Positions 17,988 through 39,617 of a stretch of 64,000 nucleotides of DNA are shown in pieces. Position numbers and translations under genes: made by a program. The stretch comes from Oscillospiraceae bacterium (GTDB lineage: Bacteria; Bacillota; Clostridia; Oscillospirales; Oscillospiraceae): positions 1,611 through 65,610 of the forward strand of contig JAEEKA010000117.1 of assembly GCA_016282135.1 (NCBI GenBank). Reading direction: 5' to 3'. The stretch's first letter is position 1, and each line of letters begins with the position of its first letter. The notes under the pieces are model-generated. The model did no database searches. It was given only the letters and a program-made list of their open reading frames with translations, and was not told the origin of the DNA.

Positions 17988-18824
17988 ATGAAAAAGCAAA
18001 CATCCCTGGCGATTGCCGCAGCGGGGACCGCGCTGGCGGCGGCCTCCGTTCCCTATTTCCATCACCAGAACACGGCGCTGACGGCCTCCCACTATGTGTT
18101 TCGTTCTCCCAAGGTCAAGGGAGCTCTGGAGGGCTTTCGGATCACCCAGATTTCCGATTTGCACAACCGGGCCTTCGGCAAGGATAACTGCCGTCTGCTG
18201 GCCCTGACAGAGGCCCAGCTTCCCGATCTGCTGGTGATTACCGGCGATCTGATCGACAGCTACCATCCCAATCCGGAGCGGGCGATGGATACAGCCCGGC
18301 GGCTTGCAATGATCGCGCCCTGCTACTACGTGACCGGAAACCATGAGCACCGCATGAGTCTGGAGCGGCAGAAGGCCTTTTACCGGGGGCTGGAAGAGGC
18401 GGGGGTAATCGTCCTGCGAAATGAGGCCGTGACTCTGGGCATGGGCGAGGGCTTCCGGCTGGTGGGCGTGGACTGCAACCAGGCCCGGACGGAGGTGCTC
18501 CGGGAGCTGATGGCGGACCGCCCGGAGGAGGAGCTGAATATTCTGCTTTCCCACAAGCCCCACTACGCCAACTACTATCAGCAGTCCGGGGCGGACCTGG
18601 TGTTGACGGGGCACGCCCACGGCGGCCAGTGGCGGCTGCCGGGCCTGGGGGGGCTCTACGCGCCGGGCCAGGGACCGCTGCCCAGGTACACCGCGGGCAT
18701 GTACCGGCTGGGCAAGACGGTCATGTGCGTCAGTCGGGGGCTGGGAAATTCCTCCTTCCCCCTGCGGGTGGAGAATAAGCCCGAGCTTGTAACCGTGATT
18801 TTACGGGGGGAAAACACGCTGTAA
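17988..18824 (+). CDS. Calcineurin-like metallophosphoesterase (YkuE-type)
   Basis: Motifs ISDLHN, ITGDLID, GNHE and TGHAHGGQ, with an N-terminal signal/anchor. Confidence 0.85.
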   Translation: MKKQTSLAIAAAGTALAAASVPYFHHQNTALTASHYVFRSPKVKGALEGFRITQISDLHNRAFGKDNCRLLALTEAQLPDLLVITGDLIDSYHPNPERAMDTARRLAMIAPCYYVTGNHEHRMSLERQKAFYRGLEEAGVIVLRNEAVTLGMGEGFRLVGVDCNQARTEVLRELMADRPEEELNILLSHKPHYANYYQQSGADLVLTGHAHGGQWRLPGLGGLYAPGQGPLPRYTAGMYRLGKTVMCVSRGLGNSSFPLRVENKPELVTVILRGENTL

Positions 18825-18875
18825 CCCTCGATTTTTCCTTGAAATTCAAAGGGAAATGCGTATTTTGCATGCAGC

Positions 18876-18912
18876 GGGCGTCGGCGGTTGGAAATCTGCC
18901 GACGCCCGTTTC
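18876..18912 (+). terminator. Terminator-like hairpin after the phosphoesterase gene
   Basis: 10-bp stem GGGCGTCGGC / GCCGACGCCC with only a weak T tract. Confidence 0.45.
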
Positions 18913-18956
18913 GAAAAAATTTCTTCATTAATTTTTCATTTTTTGTAAACGAAAAC

Positions 18957-18985
18957 TTGACCTTATCGCTTTTTTCTGGTAGAAT
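18957..18985 (+). promoter_or_regulatory. Promoter of the giant protease gene (extended -10)
   Basis: TTGACC, a 17-nt spacer, then TGgTAGAAT. This implies a ~210-nt leader. Confidence 0.55.
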
Positions 18986-19201
18986 ATACGGTGCAGGAAG
19001 CACACCGTTTGACCCGCCTGTGACCCCTTGAAGGATCACAGGCAAAAGGTGTATTCCAGGCCGCGTGTTGTATCCCTTTCGCGGGGCCGGCCCCGCACCG
19101 CGTACCGTCCCCCTTGCATACGCACTATGCATACTGTGTATATTACCCGTTCGAGGGAACCGGGCGGATGATATAAAACTATTCTAAAAGGAGACATGAC
19201 A

Positions 19202-31027
<11,826 letters not shown>

Positions 31028-31060
31028 TCACCTGAGCTAAGTCAACCAACGCATAACAAA

Positions 31061-31132
31061 GCCCGGAGCGGGCAACCGCTCCGGGCAACCGAAAAAACCA
31101 TGGCCGCCGAGCAATCGGCGGTCATGGTTTTT
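31061..31132 (+). terminator. Two consecutive hairpins terminating the giant gene (the second is bidirectional-looking)
   Basis: GCCCGGAGCGG-gcaa-CCGCTCCGGGC, then aaaaaaCCATGGCCGCCGA-gcaa-TCGGCGGTCATGGttttt. Confidence 0.75.
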
Positions 31133-31182
31133 CGGGCTCTATGTCAGTTTTTTGCAGGGACGGCACACAGCCGTCCGCGTCT

Positions 31183-31208
31183 CAAAACCTCCCCTGCAAA
31201 GGGGAGGG
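31183..31208 (-). terminator. Terminator of the pseudouridine synthase gene
   Basis: On the minus strand: CCTCCCCT-ttgc-AGGGGAGG followed by TTTTGA. Confidence 0.55.
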
Positions 31209-31314
31209 GGACCGGCGGAGCCGGTGGAGGGGTCTTCCTCACGCCGGCATCCGTCCGCAGGGCGGCCAGCCCTCTGGCCGCCGCTTCCGGTGAGTTCCGT
31301 TCCATGTTTTGGTT

Positions 31315-32208
31315 TCATTCCAAGGGCATTTCCAACGCCATTTTGGAGCAAATACAAATCCGCTTTCCTGTGATCGGCTGGTACAGGCAAATCCGTTTGG
31401 CAACCAATTGCTGCCCCGCAAATACCGGAAGCCCTGACCCTGGATCCCTGAGCTCTGATTCCTGAAAATCCATTCCCCCGTATTGGGGATCCCCCAAAAT
31501 GGGGAAGCCCTCGTGGGCGCAGTGGACCCGAAGCTGGTGGGTCCGGCCTGTCAGAGGCTGCAGCTCCAGGCGGCAGATCGGCCCCCGCTCCAGCACCCGG
31601 AATTTGGTCTGAGCCGGCTTGCCCTCCGGACTTACGTATCGCAGCAGGCTGGGGTTGGGCCGCTTCGCGATGGGCAGGTCAATCAGCCCGCTGTCCGCAT
31701 CCGGTCCGCCCACGGTCAGAGCTTCGTAGTTTTTTTCGATTCGTCCGGCGTCCAGCTCCTCCATCAGCAGCCAGTGGGTCCATGCGTTTTTGGCGAAGAT
31801 TACGACCCCCATGGTGTCCCGGTCCAGCCGCGTCAGCACATGGACCGCGCAGGCCTGGCCTGTGCGCCGGTAGTGGCCCAGCAGATAGTTTGCCAGGGTC
31901 CCGGTTTGTCTGGAAAAGGTGGGGTGGACGATGATTCCCTGGGGCTTGTCCACCGCGATCAGGCATTCGTCCTCGTAGAGCACGGTCAGCGGTCCGTTCT
32001 CGGCGGGAAAATCCGGCGCGTCCTCCTGAATCGTCACGCTGACCACGTCTCCCGGAACCAGAATCCGATTGGTGTGGGCCGGTTCTCCGTTGACCCGAAA
32101 GGCGTCCAGGGGCTTCAGCCGCCGGACGAGACCGTCGGAGATCCGCAGCTCCCGCCGCAGGGCGGACAGCAGCTTTGCCCGGCGTTCCATGGTACAGCGC
32201 AGGATCAC
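31315..32208 (-). CDS. RluA/RluD-family 23S rRNA pseudouridine synthase
   Basis: S4-like N-terminus and the catalytic block [19 protein letters not shown]. The start is ambiguous: a GTG at 32208, 5 nt after GGGAGGGG, or an ATG at 32190. Confidence 0.8.
   Translation of the reverse strand: MILRCTMERRAKLLSALRRELRISDGLVRRLKPLDAFRVNGEPAHTNRILVPGDVVSVTIQEDAPDFPAENGPLTVLYEDECLIAVDKPQGIIVHPTFSRQTGTLANYLLGHYRRTGQACAVHVLTRLDRDTMGVVIFAKNAWTHWLLMEELDAGRIEKNYEALTVGGPDADSGLIDLPIAKRPNPSLLRYVSPEGKPAQTKFRVLERGPICRLELQPLTGRTHQLRVHCAHEGFPILGDPQYGGMDFQESELRDPGSGLPVFAGQQLVAKRICLYQPITGKRICICSKMALEMPLE
31434..31468. repeat. Degenerate period-7 array (CTGAYCC-like, 5 units) inside the pseudouridine synthase gene
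   Basis: The core CTGA (TGGA in one degenerate unit) recurs at 31434, 31441, 31448, 31455 and 31462. It encodes the ...[12 protein letters not shown]... segment. Confidence 0.6.
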
Positions 32209-32283
32209 AGAGACCCCTCCCTTCTGTTTTATATAACTATACCGCATAATTTTGAGTTTTGCAAGCTTGAACCAAATTTGTGC

Positions 32284-32312
32284 TTGACAAGCGCCCGCTT
32301 TCCCGGTAAAAT
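32284..32312 (+). promoter_or_regulatory. Promoter of rny
   Basis: TTGACA, a 17-nt spacer, then TAAAAT. Confidence 0.6.
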
Positions 32313-32415
32313 AACCGGTGGATTAGTGTGCCCGCCCGCTCTTTTGAGGGGCCGGTTCGGGTATTTCTTTTTCTCGGCATACCCAATTCATTATGAAAGG
32401 AGGTGTGCGGAGTAT

Positions 32416-33963
32416 ATGGATATATGGCATGTTATTTTCCCCATTCTGGGTCTGATCATAGGCGTATTCGTCACTTACCTGATTTTCAACAAGACGAAGA
32501 AGGACGCCATCGAAAAAATCAAGAACGCGGACGAGGAAGCTACGCGCCTGTATAATGAGGCCATCAAGGCCGGCGAGAGCAAAAAGCGCGAAATGCTCTT
32601 GGAGGCCAAGGAGGAAATCCATAAAACTCGCACCGAAAACGAAAAGGAGATCAAGGAACGCCGCAGCGAACTGAGCAAGCAGGAACGCCGCCTGCAGCAA
32701 AAGGAAGAGTCCCTTGACAAGAAACTGGACAACTTCGAGCGCAAGGAGGAAGAGCTCCGCAAGCGGCAGCAGGCAGTCGCCGCCACCCAGGAGGAGGTCA
32801 ACCTCATCAAGAAGTCTCAACTGGAAATGCTGGAGAAAATCTCCGGTCTGACCCAGGAAGAGGCCAAGGTTCTCATCATCAAGAACGTGGAGCAGGAGGC
32901 CCGGCATGACGCCGCCGTCAAGCTCAAGGACATCGAGACCGAGCTCAAGGACAACGCCGATCAGCTTGCCCGGGAGATTATCTCCACCGCCATCCAGCGC
33001 TGCGCCGCCGACCATGCCGCCGAGGCCACTGTCTCCGTGGTGTCCCTGCCCAACGACGAGATGAAGGGACGCATCATCGGCCGCGAGGGCCGCAACATCC
33101 GCACCCTGGAAACGATTACCGGCGTCGATCTCATCATCGACGATACCCCGGAGGCCATCACGGTCTCCTCCTTCGACCCCGTCCGCCGGGAAATCGCCCG
33201 GCTGGCTCTGGAGAAGCTTATTGCCGACGGCCGCATCCACCCCACCCGCATCGAGGACATGGTGGAAAAGGCCCGCCGCGAGGTGGAGACCACCATCAAG
33301 CGGGAAGGCGAGCGCGCGGTCTTCGAGACCGGCGTTCAGGGCCTGCATCCCGAGCTGATCAAGCTCCTGGGCCGTCAGAAGTTCCGTACCTCTTACGGCC
33401 AGAACGTCCTCAACCACTCCATGGAGGTGGCCCACATCGCCGGCCTGCTGGCCTCCGAGCTGGGCGAGGATGTGACCCTTGCCAAGCGTGCGGGACTGCT
33501 GCATGACCTGGGCAAGAGCGTGGATCACGAAATGGAAGGCAGCCACGTCCAGTTGGGCGTGGAGCTGGCCCGAAAGTATAAGGAATCTCAGGAAGTCATC
33601 CACGCCATCGAGGCCCACCACGGCGACGTGGAGGCCAAGACCATTGTTGCCTGCCTGGTGCAGGCTGCCGACGCGATCTCCGCCGCCCGTCCCGGCGCCC
33701 GCCGCGAGAACGTGGAAAATTACGTCCGTCGGCTTGAAAAGCTGGAAGAGCTTACCGGCTCCTTCCCCGGCGTGGAAAAGGCCTACGCGATTCAGGCCGG
33801 CCGCGAGGTTCGTATCATGGTTCGTCCCGAGGATGTGTCCGAGGACAACATGATCCTCCTGGCCCACGACATCGCCAAGAAGATCGAAGCCGAGCTGGAA
33901 TACCCTGGCCAGATCAAGATCAACCTGATCCGCGAGACCAAGGCTGTGGATTACGCCAAGTAA
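32416..33963 (+). CDS. rny: Ribonuclease Y
   Basis: RBS GAAAGGAGG. N-terminal TM helix [19 protein letters not shown], a Lys/Glu-rich coiled coil, a KH domain ([12 protein letters not shown]) and an HD domain (LLHDLGK). The ORF-track start at 31483 is an artefactual extension. Confidence 0.95.
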   Translation: MDIWHVIFPILGLIIGVFVTYLIFNKTKKDAIEKIKNADEEATRLYNEAIKAGESKKREMLLEAKEEIHKTRTENEKEIKERRSELSKQERRLQQKEESLDKKLDNFERKEEELRKRQQAVAATQEEVNLIKKSQLEMLEKISGLTQEEAKVLIIKNVEQEARHDAAVKLKDIETELKDNADQLAREIISTAIQRCAADHAAEATVSVVSLPNDEMKGRIIGREGRNIRTLETITGVDLIIDDTPEAITVSSFDPVRREIARLALEKLIADGRIHPTRIEDMVEKARREVETTIKREGERAVFETGVQGLHPELIKLLGRQKFRTSYGQNVLNHSMEVAHIAGLLASELGEDVTLAKRAGLLHDLGKSVDHEMEGSHVQLGVELARKYKESQEVIHAIEAHHGDVEAKTIVACLVQAADAISAARPGARRENVENYVRRLEKLEELTGSFPGVEKAYAIQAGREVRIMVRPEDVSEDNMILLAHDIAKKIEAELEYPGQIKINLIRETKAVDYAK

Positions 33964-33969
33964 AATATG

Positions 33970-34000
33970 CCCGCGTGCAGAACTGCTGCACGCGGGTTTT
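33970..34000 (+). terminator. rny terminator
   Basis: CCCGCGTGCAG-aactg-CTGCACGCGGG followed by TTTT. Confidence 0.8.
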
Positions 34001-34088
34001 CTAATTTTCCTCAAAAGCAGAACAGGCTTTTCCAAATCACCGGGACAGCCTATTCTTTTTGTTTTCAAATGGCAATTTGAAAACACCT

Positions 34089-34123
34089 CAATTTTACATT
34101 TTTCATTCTGCATTCTTCGTTCA
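34089..34123. repeat. Degenerate period-7 array (NCATTYT, ~5 units), intergenic
   Basis: CATT recurs at 34097, 34104 and 34111, with related units on either side. Visibly AT-rich relative to its surroundings. Confidence 0.5.
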
Positions 34124-34154
34124 CAAGGCCTGAGCCTCCGGCTCAGGCCTTGTG
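34122..34154. other. Perfect 15-bp-stem hairpin overlapping the polymerase gene stop codon
   Basis: CACAAGGCCTGAGCC-tcc-GGCTCAGGCCTTGTG. There is no U-tract on either strand. The last codons and the stop (34143-34145) lie in the right arm. Confidence 0.8.
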
Positions 34155-35651
34155 TCCGCCTACCTGCTCATTCCTGGCCCGGGCGGTGGCGGCTTCCTGG
34201 AGATCCATTGCCTTGAACACGGCATTTTTGCCGAAGCGGTCCCGGAGGGACAGAATGGCCTCCTGCTGGCGGCGTTCCTTTGCCTCAGCGGCCTCCCGGG
34301 CGGCGTCGGCCTCCGGGTCGGAGAAGAGACTGAGCTGCTTCGGCGCTTCGGCCTGCTCCGCCTCAAAGCAGACGTGGTTTGCCGCGATGGTGAGGCGCCG
34401 CACCGTCAGGGCCGGATCTGAGAATCGGGCAAAAAGCGCCGCGGCGGCCTCGGTGATCTGTTTGGTGGAGGCGGTGCGCCGTCCCAGATTTTGGGAGCCG
34501 TGGACGCCCTGAGGCACAGAACGTCCGTAGTGGTCCCGGATCACCTGCCCCTGGAAGTCAGAACGGGCCTCCGGGGAGCTCAGGTTCTCCACGTCGTAGC
34601 CCACGGAAAGGACGATCTGATCGGTGACCAGGCCCTTGCGCACCAGATCCAGAACCAGGGAATCCGCCATCTCCCGGACAATCAGCCGGGCTTCTTCAAA
34701 GCGATAGGGGCGGGTGAGAACCTGGCCCACGGACAGAGATTTCTCCTCGGTGCGATAGGCCTTGATGTCCGCCATGGTGCAGGGCTCGACACCCCAGGCG
34801 TGGTCGATCAGCAGCTCGGCGTTGACGCCGAAGAGCTTGAACAGCAGTTCCTCATTCCAGCGATCCCGGTCAGAGCCCAGGGAGCAGCGGGCAAGGTCCC
34901 CCATGGTGTTGATCCCGTTGGCGGCCAGCTTCCTGGCGATTCCGCGGCCCACCCGCCAAAAGTCTGTCAGGGGCCGGTGGTCCCAGAGCTGTTCCCGGTA
35001 GCCCTGCTCGTCCAGCTCGGCAATCCGCACCCCGTCCTTGTCGGCGGGCATTTTCTTTGCCACAATGTCCATGGCGATCTTGCACAGATAGAGGTTGGTG
35101 CCGATGCCCGCCGTGGCGGTGATCCCCGTCCGGGCCAGCACGTCCCGGATCATCTGCATGGCCAGCTCCCGGGCAGTGCAGTTGTAGGTCCGCAGATAGG
35201 CTGTCACGTCGATGAAAACCTCGTCAATGGAATAGACGTGGATGTCTTCCGGGGCCACGTAGTTCAGATAAGTCTGGTAGATTCCCGCGCTGCAGTCCAT
35301 GTAGTGCGCCATTTGAGGCGGGGCGATGATGGGCTCCAGCTTCAGGGATGGATTGGCCAGAAGCTCGTCGGCCAGAGCGGAGGAGCCGGTGAAGACTCGG
35401 CCCGGGGAAGCGCCCAGGCGGCGGGCGTTGACCTGTTCCACAGCCCGATTGACCTCAAACAGCCGAGGCCTGCCCGGGATTCCGTAGGCCTTCAAAGCCG
35501 GGGAAACCGCCAGACAGATGGTTTTGTCCGTGCGGCTGGGGTCCGCTACCACTAGAGCGGTGTTCAGGGGGTCCAGCCCCCGTTCCACGCACTCCACGGA
35601 GGCGTAGAAGGATTTTAGATCAATAGCGAGATATTGTTTTTGCTGGTCCAT
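34143..35651 (-). CDS. Y-family DNA polymerase (DinB/UmuC/ImpB-like)
   Basis: N-terminus MDQQKQYLAIDLKSFYASVECVERGLDP. RBS GGAAGGGAGG 7 nt before the ATG at 35651. Upstream promoter TTGTCA, 17-nt spacer, TATAAT. Confidence 0.85.
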   Translation of the reverse strand: MDQQKQYLAIDLKSFYASVECVERGLDPLNTALVVADPSRTDKTICLAVSPALKAYGIPGRPRLFEVNRAVEQVNARRLGASPGRVFTGSSALADELLANPSLKLEPIIAPPQMAHYMDCSAGIYQTYLNYVAPEDIHVYSIDEVFIDVTAYLRTYNCTARELAMQMIRDVLARTGITATAGIGTNLYLCKIAMDIVAKKMPADKDGVRIAELDEQGYREQLWDHRPLTDFWRVGRGIARKLAANGINTMGDLARCSLGSDRDRWNEELLFKLFGVNAELLIDHAWGVEPCTMADIKAYRTEEKSLSVGQVLTRPYRFEEARLIVREMADSLVLDLVRKGLVTDQIVLSVGYDVENLSSPEARSDFQGQVIRDHYGRSVPQGVHGSQNLGRRTASTKQITEAAAALFARFSDPALTVRRLTIAANHVCFEAEQAEAPKQLSLFSDPEADAAREAAEAKERRQQEAILSLRDRFGKNAVFKAMDLQEAATARARNEQVGGHKA

Positions 35652-35805
35652 GCTCACGCCTCCCTTCCGGCGGGATTCTCTGTCCATTATATCCCACGAT
35701 TCTCCCGCTGACAAGCTCCAAAACGGTATTTTTTCTTGCATTGCCCTGCGCCCCGTGATATACTAACCAAGATAAACTTTTTCTTTCGCAGGGGATGATT
35801 TTGCC

Positions 35806-37293
35806 ATGAAGCTATTTCTTTCCGGCCATACGGACCGCTACGCACTGGAACAGCTCCAGCTCTGTCTCTTCCCCGAGGAGCCCATGGAGTATTGTGAGAA
35901 GCCCTTCGGGGGGGACGGGGCGGTCTCCCGACTCAGCTACGGAACAAAAAATCTGACTGCCACTGCCAAAATCACCCGGAACGGACATACCACCCGGGCT
36001 GTGCAGCGTCTGCCTCTGGAAAAAGAGAGCTATGCCCTGCGACGCCGCATCCTCCAGCGGGCCTATTACCTGGCGGCCCTGCCCCAGCTTCCGGCGGCCC
36101 CGCCCTGGGGGGCGCTGTCCGGGGTCCGGCCCACCAAGCTGACCACCCGGCATCTGCTGGAGGGAGGCACGGCGGAGAGCGCCGACTTGCTGCTGGATCA
36201 GACCTTTTTCGTGACCCCTGCCCGGCGGAAGCTCTGCGTTCAGGCCAGCCTGGCCTCAGTGGAGGCCGTCCGGCGGCTGATCCCCTCGGACGTTTCTGTC
36301 TACATCGGCATTCCCTTCTGCCCCACTCGCTGCAGCTACTGCTCCTTCGTGAGCCAGACCGAGGGCAGCGCCGGGAAGCTGCTGAGCCCCTATCTGGAAG
36401 GCCTGCTCCGGGAGATCGAGACCGTGGGAGCGGGCATGAAGCGGGCAGGTCTGACCCTCCGAACCCTCTACGTCGGCGGCGGCACCCCCACCACCCTCTC
36501 TGCCGAACAAATGAAACTGCTGATGGAGACGGTCAACCGGCATTTTGACCGATCCCGGCTGATAGAATATACGGTGGAGGCCGGACGGCCCGATACCATC
36601 GACCCGGAAAAGCTCCGGGTGATCCGGGACCTGGGGGCCAACCGGGTCAGCATCAACCCCCAAACCATGAACGACGCCGTGCTGCGGGCGGTGGGCCGCC
36701 CCCATACCGCCGCGGACGTGGAGCGGGCCTATGCCCAGGCTGCGGCGGCGGGCTTTACCAGCATCAACATGGATCTGATCGCGGGTCTGCCCGGGGACGA
36801 CCCCGAGAGCTTCGCCCGGTCTCTGGACCGGGTCCTGGCGCTGGATCCCTCCAACATCACCGTGCACACCCTGGCCCTCAAAAAGGGAGCGGAGCTCTTT
36901 TCCCGTCGGGAGGCTCTGCCGCCCCAGGCGGCGGTGGAGGCCATGGTAGACCGCGCCAACGCCGTTCTGTCAGGCAAAGGCTATGAGCCCTACTACCTCT
37001 ACCGGCAGAAATATATGTCCGGCAGCCTTGAGAACGTGGGCTGGTGCCGGGACGGGGATCTGTGCCTCTATAACGTCTATATGATGGAGGAGCTCACCGA
37101 TATCCTGGCCCTGGGGGGCGGGGCGGTGAGCAAGCGCCTGCTGCCGGAGCACCGGCTGGAGCGGCAGTGCAACCCCAAGTACCCCAAGCAGTACGTGGAG
37201 CGGATTGAAGAGGTCCTGGCGGAAAAATCCGCCCTGCTGGAACAATTGACAAGCGGCGAAAAACCGGGTATAATAAACCAATTAAACCCATAG
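35806..37293 (+). CDS. hemZ: Radical-SAM coproporphyrinogen-dehydrogenase-like protein (HemZ type)
   Basis: CPTRCSYCSF CxxxCxxC cluster motif. A ~150-aa N-terminal extension and overall length typical of HemZ. Confidence 0.75.
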   Translation: MKLFLSGHTDRYALEQLQLCLFPEEPMEYCEKPFGGDGAVSRLSYGTKNLTATAKITRNGHTTRAVQRLPLEKESYALRRRILQRAYYLAALPQLPAAPPWGALSGVRPTKLTTRHLLEGGTAESADLLLDQTFFVTPARRKLCVQASLASVEAVRRLIPSDVSVYIGIPFCPTRCSYCSFVSQTEGSAGKLLSPYLEGLLREIETVGAGMKRAGLTLRTLYVGGGTPTTLSAEQMKLLMETVNRHFDRSRLIEYTVEAGRPDTIDPEKLRVIRDLGANRVSINPQTMNDAVLRAVGRPHTAADVERAYAQAAAAGFTSINMDLIAGLPGDDPESFARSLDRVLALDPSNITVHTLALKKGAELFSRREALPPQAAVEAMVDRANAVLSGKGYEPYYLYRQKYMSGSLENVGWCRDGDLCLYNVYMMEELTDILALGGGAVSKRLLPEHRLERQCNPKYPKQYVERIEEVLAEKSALLEQLTSGEKPGIINQLNP

Positions 37294-37323
37294 AATGATA
37301 GAAATAGAAAAGGAGACACACCT

Positions 37324-38247
37324 ATGCGGATAGAACTGAACGACATCAATACCGCCCTTCGGACCAATCCGAAGGCCTATGTGGCCAAGTGCGACGCCCT
37401 CTATGACAGCCGCATCAACAACGCTGCCGAGCTGGTGGAAAGCCGCCTGAACAGGAGCCGGGTTGTCCTTCTGGCGGGCCCCTCCTCCTCCGGCAAGACG
37501 ACCACAGCCGCCCGGCTGAAGAAGGCGCTGGAGGCCCGGGGCATCTGCGCCCACATGATTTCCCTGGACGACTATTACCGCTCCAAGAGCGAGCCGGACT
37601 TCCCCCTGACCAAGGATGGGGAGCCCGATCTGGAGGCCCCCGAGGGTTTGGATATCGCCCTGCTGGGCCGTCACCTGGAGGCTCTGGACCAAGGCGGGGA
37701 GATTGTTGTGCCCCACTTTGACTTCCAGCTTCAGGCCCAGGTGCCGGAGAAGTATCAGACCATCCGGCTCCACGACCAGGAGGTTGTCATCTTCGAGGGC
37801 ATCCACGGTCTGAACCCACTGCTCACCGGGAAGAACCCTGAGGCCACCCGGCTGTTTGTGTCCACCGCCTCCTCCGTCTACGACAACGACGTGGAGGTCT
37901 TCGACCGGGTCTGGATGCGGGTCCTGCGGCGGATCGTCCGGGATTACAATTTCCGCGCCGCCTCCGCCGAGGAAACCCTGGGCATGTGGCGGAACGTCCG
38001 CCTGGGCGAGAAGAAGTACATCACCCCCTTCAAGGGCAGCGCCCACTATGCCATCGACTCCTCCCACGGCTACGAGGTGGCGGCCTTCCGCACCATCGCG
38101 GAGCCCATGCTCCTGAAGCTGGAGGAGCATCCGCAGCCCAAGCTGGTGGACCTGATTCTGGAGGGTCTGGAATCCTTTGATCCCCTGGACCTTTCCTACG
38201 TCCCGGAGAGCTCCCTGCTGCGGGAAGAGTTTTTGCCGAAGGAGTAA
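37324..38247 (+). CDS. P-loop nucleoside/uridine-kinase-like protein
   Basis: Walker A GPSSSGKTTTA. PRK/Udk-like layout (...ISLDDYY...FEGIHGLN...). Confidence 0.65.
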   Translation: MRIELNDINTALRTNPKAYVAKCDALYDSRINNAAELVESRLNRSRVVLLAGPSSSGKTTTAARLKKALEARGICAHMISLDDYYRSKSEPDFPLTKDGEPDLEAPEGLDIALLGRHLEALDQGGEIVVPHFDFQLQAQVPEKYQTIRLHDQEVVIFEGIHGLNPLLTGKNPEATRLFVSTASSVYDNDVEVFDRVWMRVLRRIVRDYNFRAASAEETLGMWRNVRLGEKKYITPFKGSAHYAIDSSHGYEVAAFRTIAEPMLLKLEEHPQPKLVDLILEGLESFDPLDLSYVPESSLLREEFLPKE

Positions 38248-38250
38248 GCG

Positions 38251-39591
38251 ATGGACACTTTATTCTCCAACGTCACCCTTGTCACCATGGACGAGGCCAT
38301 GCACGTTTACTACGCAGCCTTCCTGGGCGTGACGGATGGGAAGATTTCCTACATCGGAAAAACCGCTCCCCAGGAAAAGCCCAAACAGATCATCAACGGC
38401 GAGGGCATGGTGCTGATGCCGGGCCTGATCAACTGCCACACCCACCTGCCCATGAGCCTCCTGCGGGGCTACGGCGACGGCCACGACCTGCACACCTGGC
38501 TCTTTGACTACATCTTCCCCCGGGAGGCCCGGCTGGATGATCGGGCCGTAAAGGCGGCGACCCTGCTCTCTATTGCCGAGTGCCTGCGCTTCGGCGTCAC
38601 CTCCGTTTCGGACATGTACGACCACTGCGGCGCCATTGCCGAGGCCGTGGCGGAGAGCGGCATCAAGGCCAACCTCAGCCGGGGCATTACCCTCTGGACC
38701 GAGGAGTTTGACCCGGAGACCTATCCCGCCTGCGTGGAGCTTCGGGAGCTGCGGGAGAAGTGGGACGGTTATGACGGCAGCAGGATCAAGGTGGAGGCCT
38801 CCATCCATGCCGAATACACCTCCAACTACCACCTCTGGGAGGCCATGGGGGAGTATGCCTGCAACGAGGGCCTTGGCTTGCAGATCCACCTGTCCGAGAC
38901 GAAGAAAGAACACGAGGAATGCAAGGAGAAGTATGGCCTGACCCCTGCCCAGCTGCTGGACTGCCACCACGTCTTCGCAGCCCGGACCCAGGCGGCTCAC
39001 TGCGTCTGGCTGGAGCCGGAGGATATGGCGCTTTTGGCCAAGCGGAAGGTGACGGCAGTTCACTGCCCGGTGTCCAATTTGAAGCTGGCCTCCGGCGAGG
39101 CCGACGTGGTTGCCATGGTGAAGGCCGGCATGAACGTGGCATTAGGAACGGACGGCGCCTCCTCCAACAACAACCTGGACCTCTTTGAGGAGATCAAGGC
39201 CGCTTCCCTGATGGCAAAGAACGTCCATGCCGACGCCCAGACCCTGCCTGCCCAGGCGGCTCTGATGATGGCCACGGTCTGCGGCGCCCGGGCCCAGGGC
39301 CGGGAAAAGGAATGCGGAATGCTCAAGGAGGGCATGGACGCGGACCTGATTCTGCTGGACTTCACCCAGCCCCACCTGATGCCCTGCCACGACGTGCTTT
39401 CCCATCTCTGCTACGCCGCCTCCGGTCATGACGTGGTGATGACCATGGTTCGGGGCAGGATCCTGTACGCCGCCGGGAAATACCCCACCATCGACCTGGA
39501 CGCCGTGGTCCGTGAGCTGGCAGAACATGCCATGCCCAAGGTGTTTCTGGACGATGCGGCCAGACAGACGGAGGACAGCATTTCCCGATAA
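38251..39591 (+). CDS. mtaD: Amidohydrolase, 5-methylthioadenosine/S-adenosylhomocysteine deaminase-like
   Basis: LMPGLINCHTHLPMSLLRG metal-binding motif, ...HLSET...E..., ...GTDGASSNN.... Confidence 0.8.
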   Translation: MDTLFSNVTLVTMDEAMHVYYAAFLGVTDGKISYIGKTAPQEKPKQIINGEGMVLMPGLINCHTHLPMSLLRGYGDGHDLHTWLFDYIFPREARLDDRAVKAATLLSIAECLRFGVTSVSDMYDHCGAIAEAVAESGIKANLSRGITLWTEEFDPETYPACVELRELREKWDGYDGSRIKVEASIHAEYTSNYHLWEAMGEYACNEGLGLQIHLSETKKEHEECKEKYGLTPAQLLDCHHVFAARTQAAHCVWLEPEDMALLAKRKVTAVHCPVSNLKLASGEADVVAMVKAGMNVALGTDGASSNNNLDLFEEIKAASLMAKNVHADAQTLPAQAALMMATVCGARAQGREKECGMLKEGMDADLILLDFTQPHLMPCHDVLSHLCYAASGHDVVMTMVRGRILYAAGKYPTIDLDAVVRELAEHAMPKVFLDDAARQTEDSISR

Positions 39592-39617
39592 TTCCCTCTG
39601 AAAGGAGGACAAACTTT

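Noticed and set aside
18990-19195. Possible c-di-GMP riboswitch upstream of the surface protease
   Set aside because: The conserved GEMM-I (…ACGCAAAGCC…) and GEMM-II cores were not found by eye. I kept it only as an unclassified structured leader.
31100-31465. Several 60-121-aa ORFs between the giant gene and the pseudouridine synthase gene
   Set aside because: The region is explained by terminator hairpins and the 3' end of the rlu gene. The ORFs lack RBSs and overlap each other in several frames.
31483-32415. 311-aa N-terminal extension of the RNase Y ORF in the track
   Set aside because: It overlaps the pseudouridine synthase gene on the opposite strand. A canonical RNase Y N-terminus (TM helix) with a strong RBS and promoter starts at 32416.
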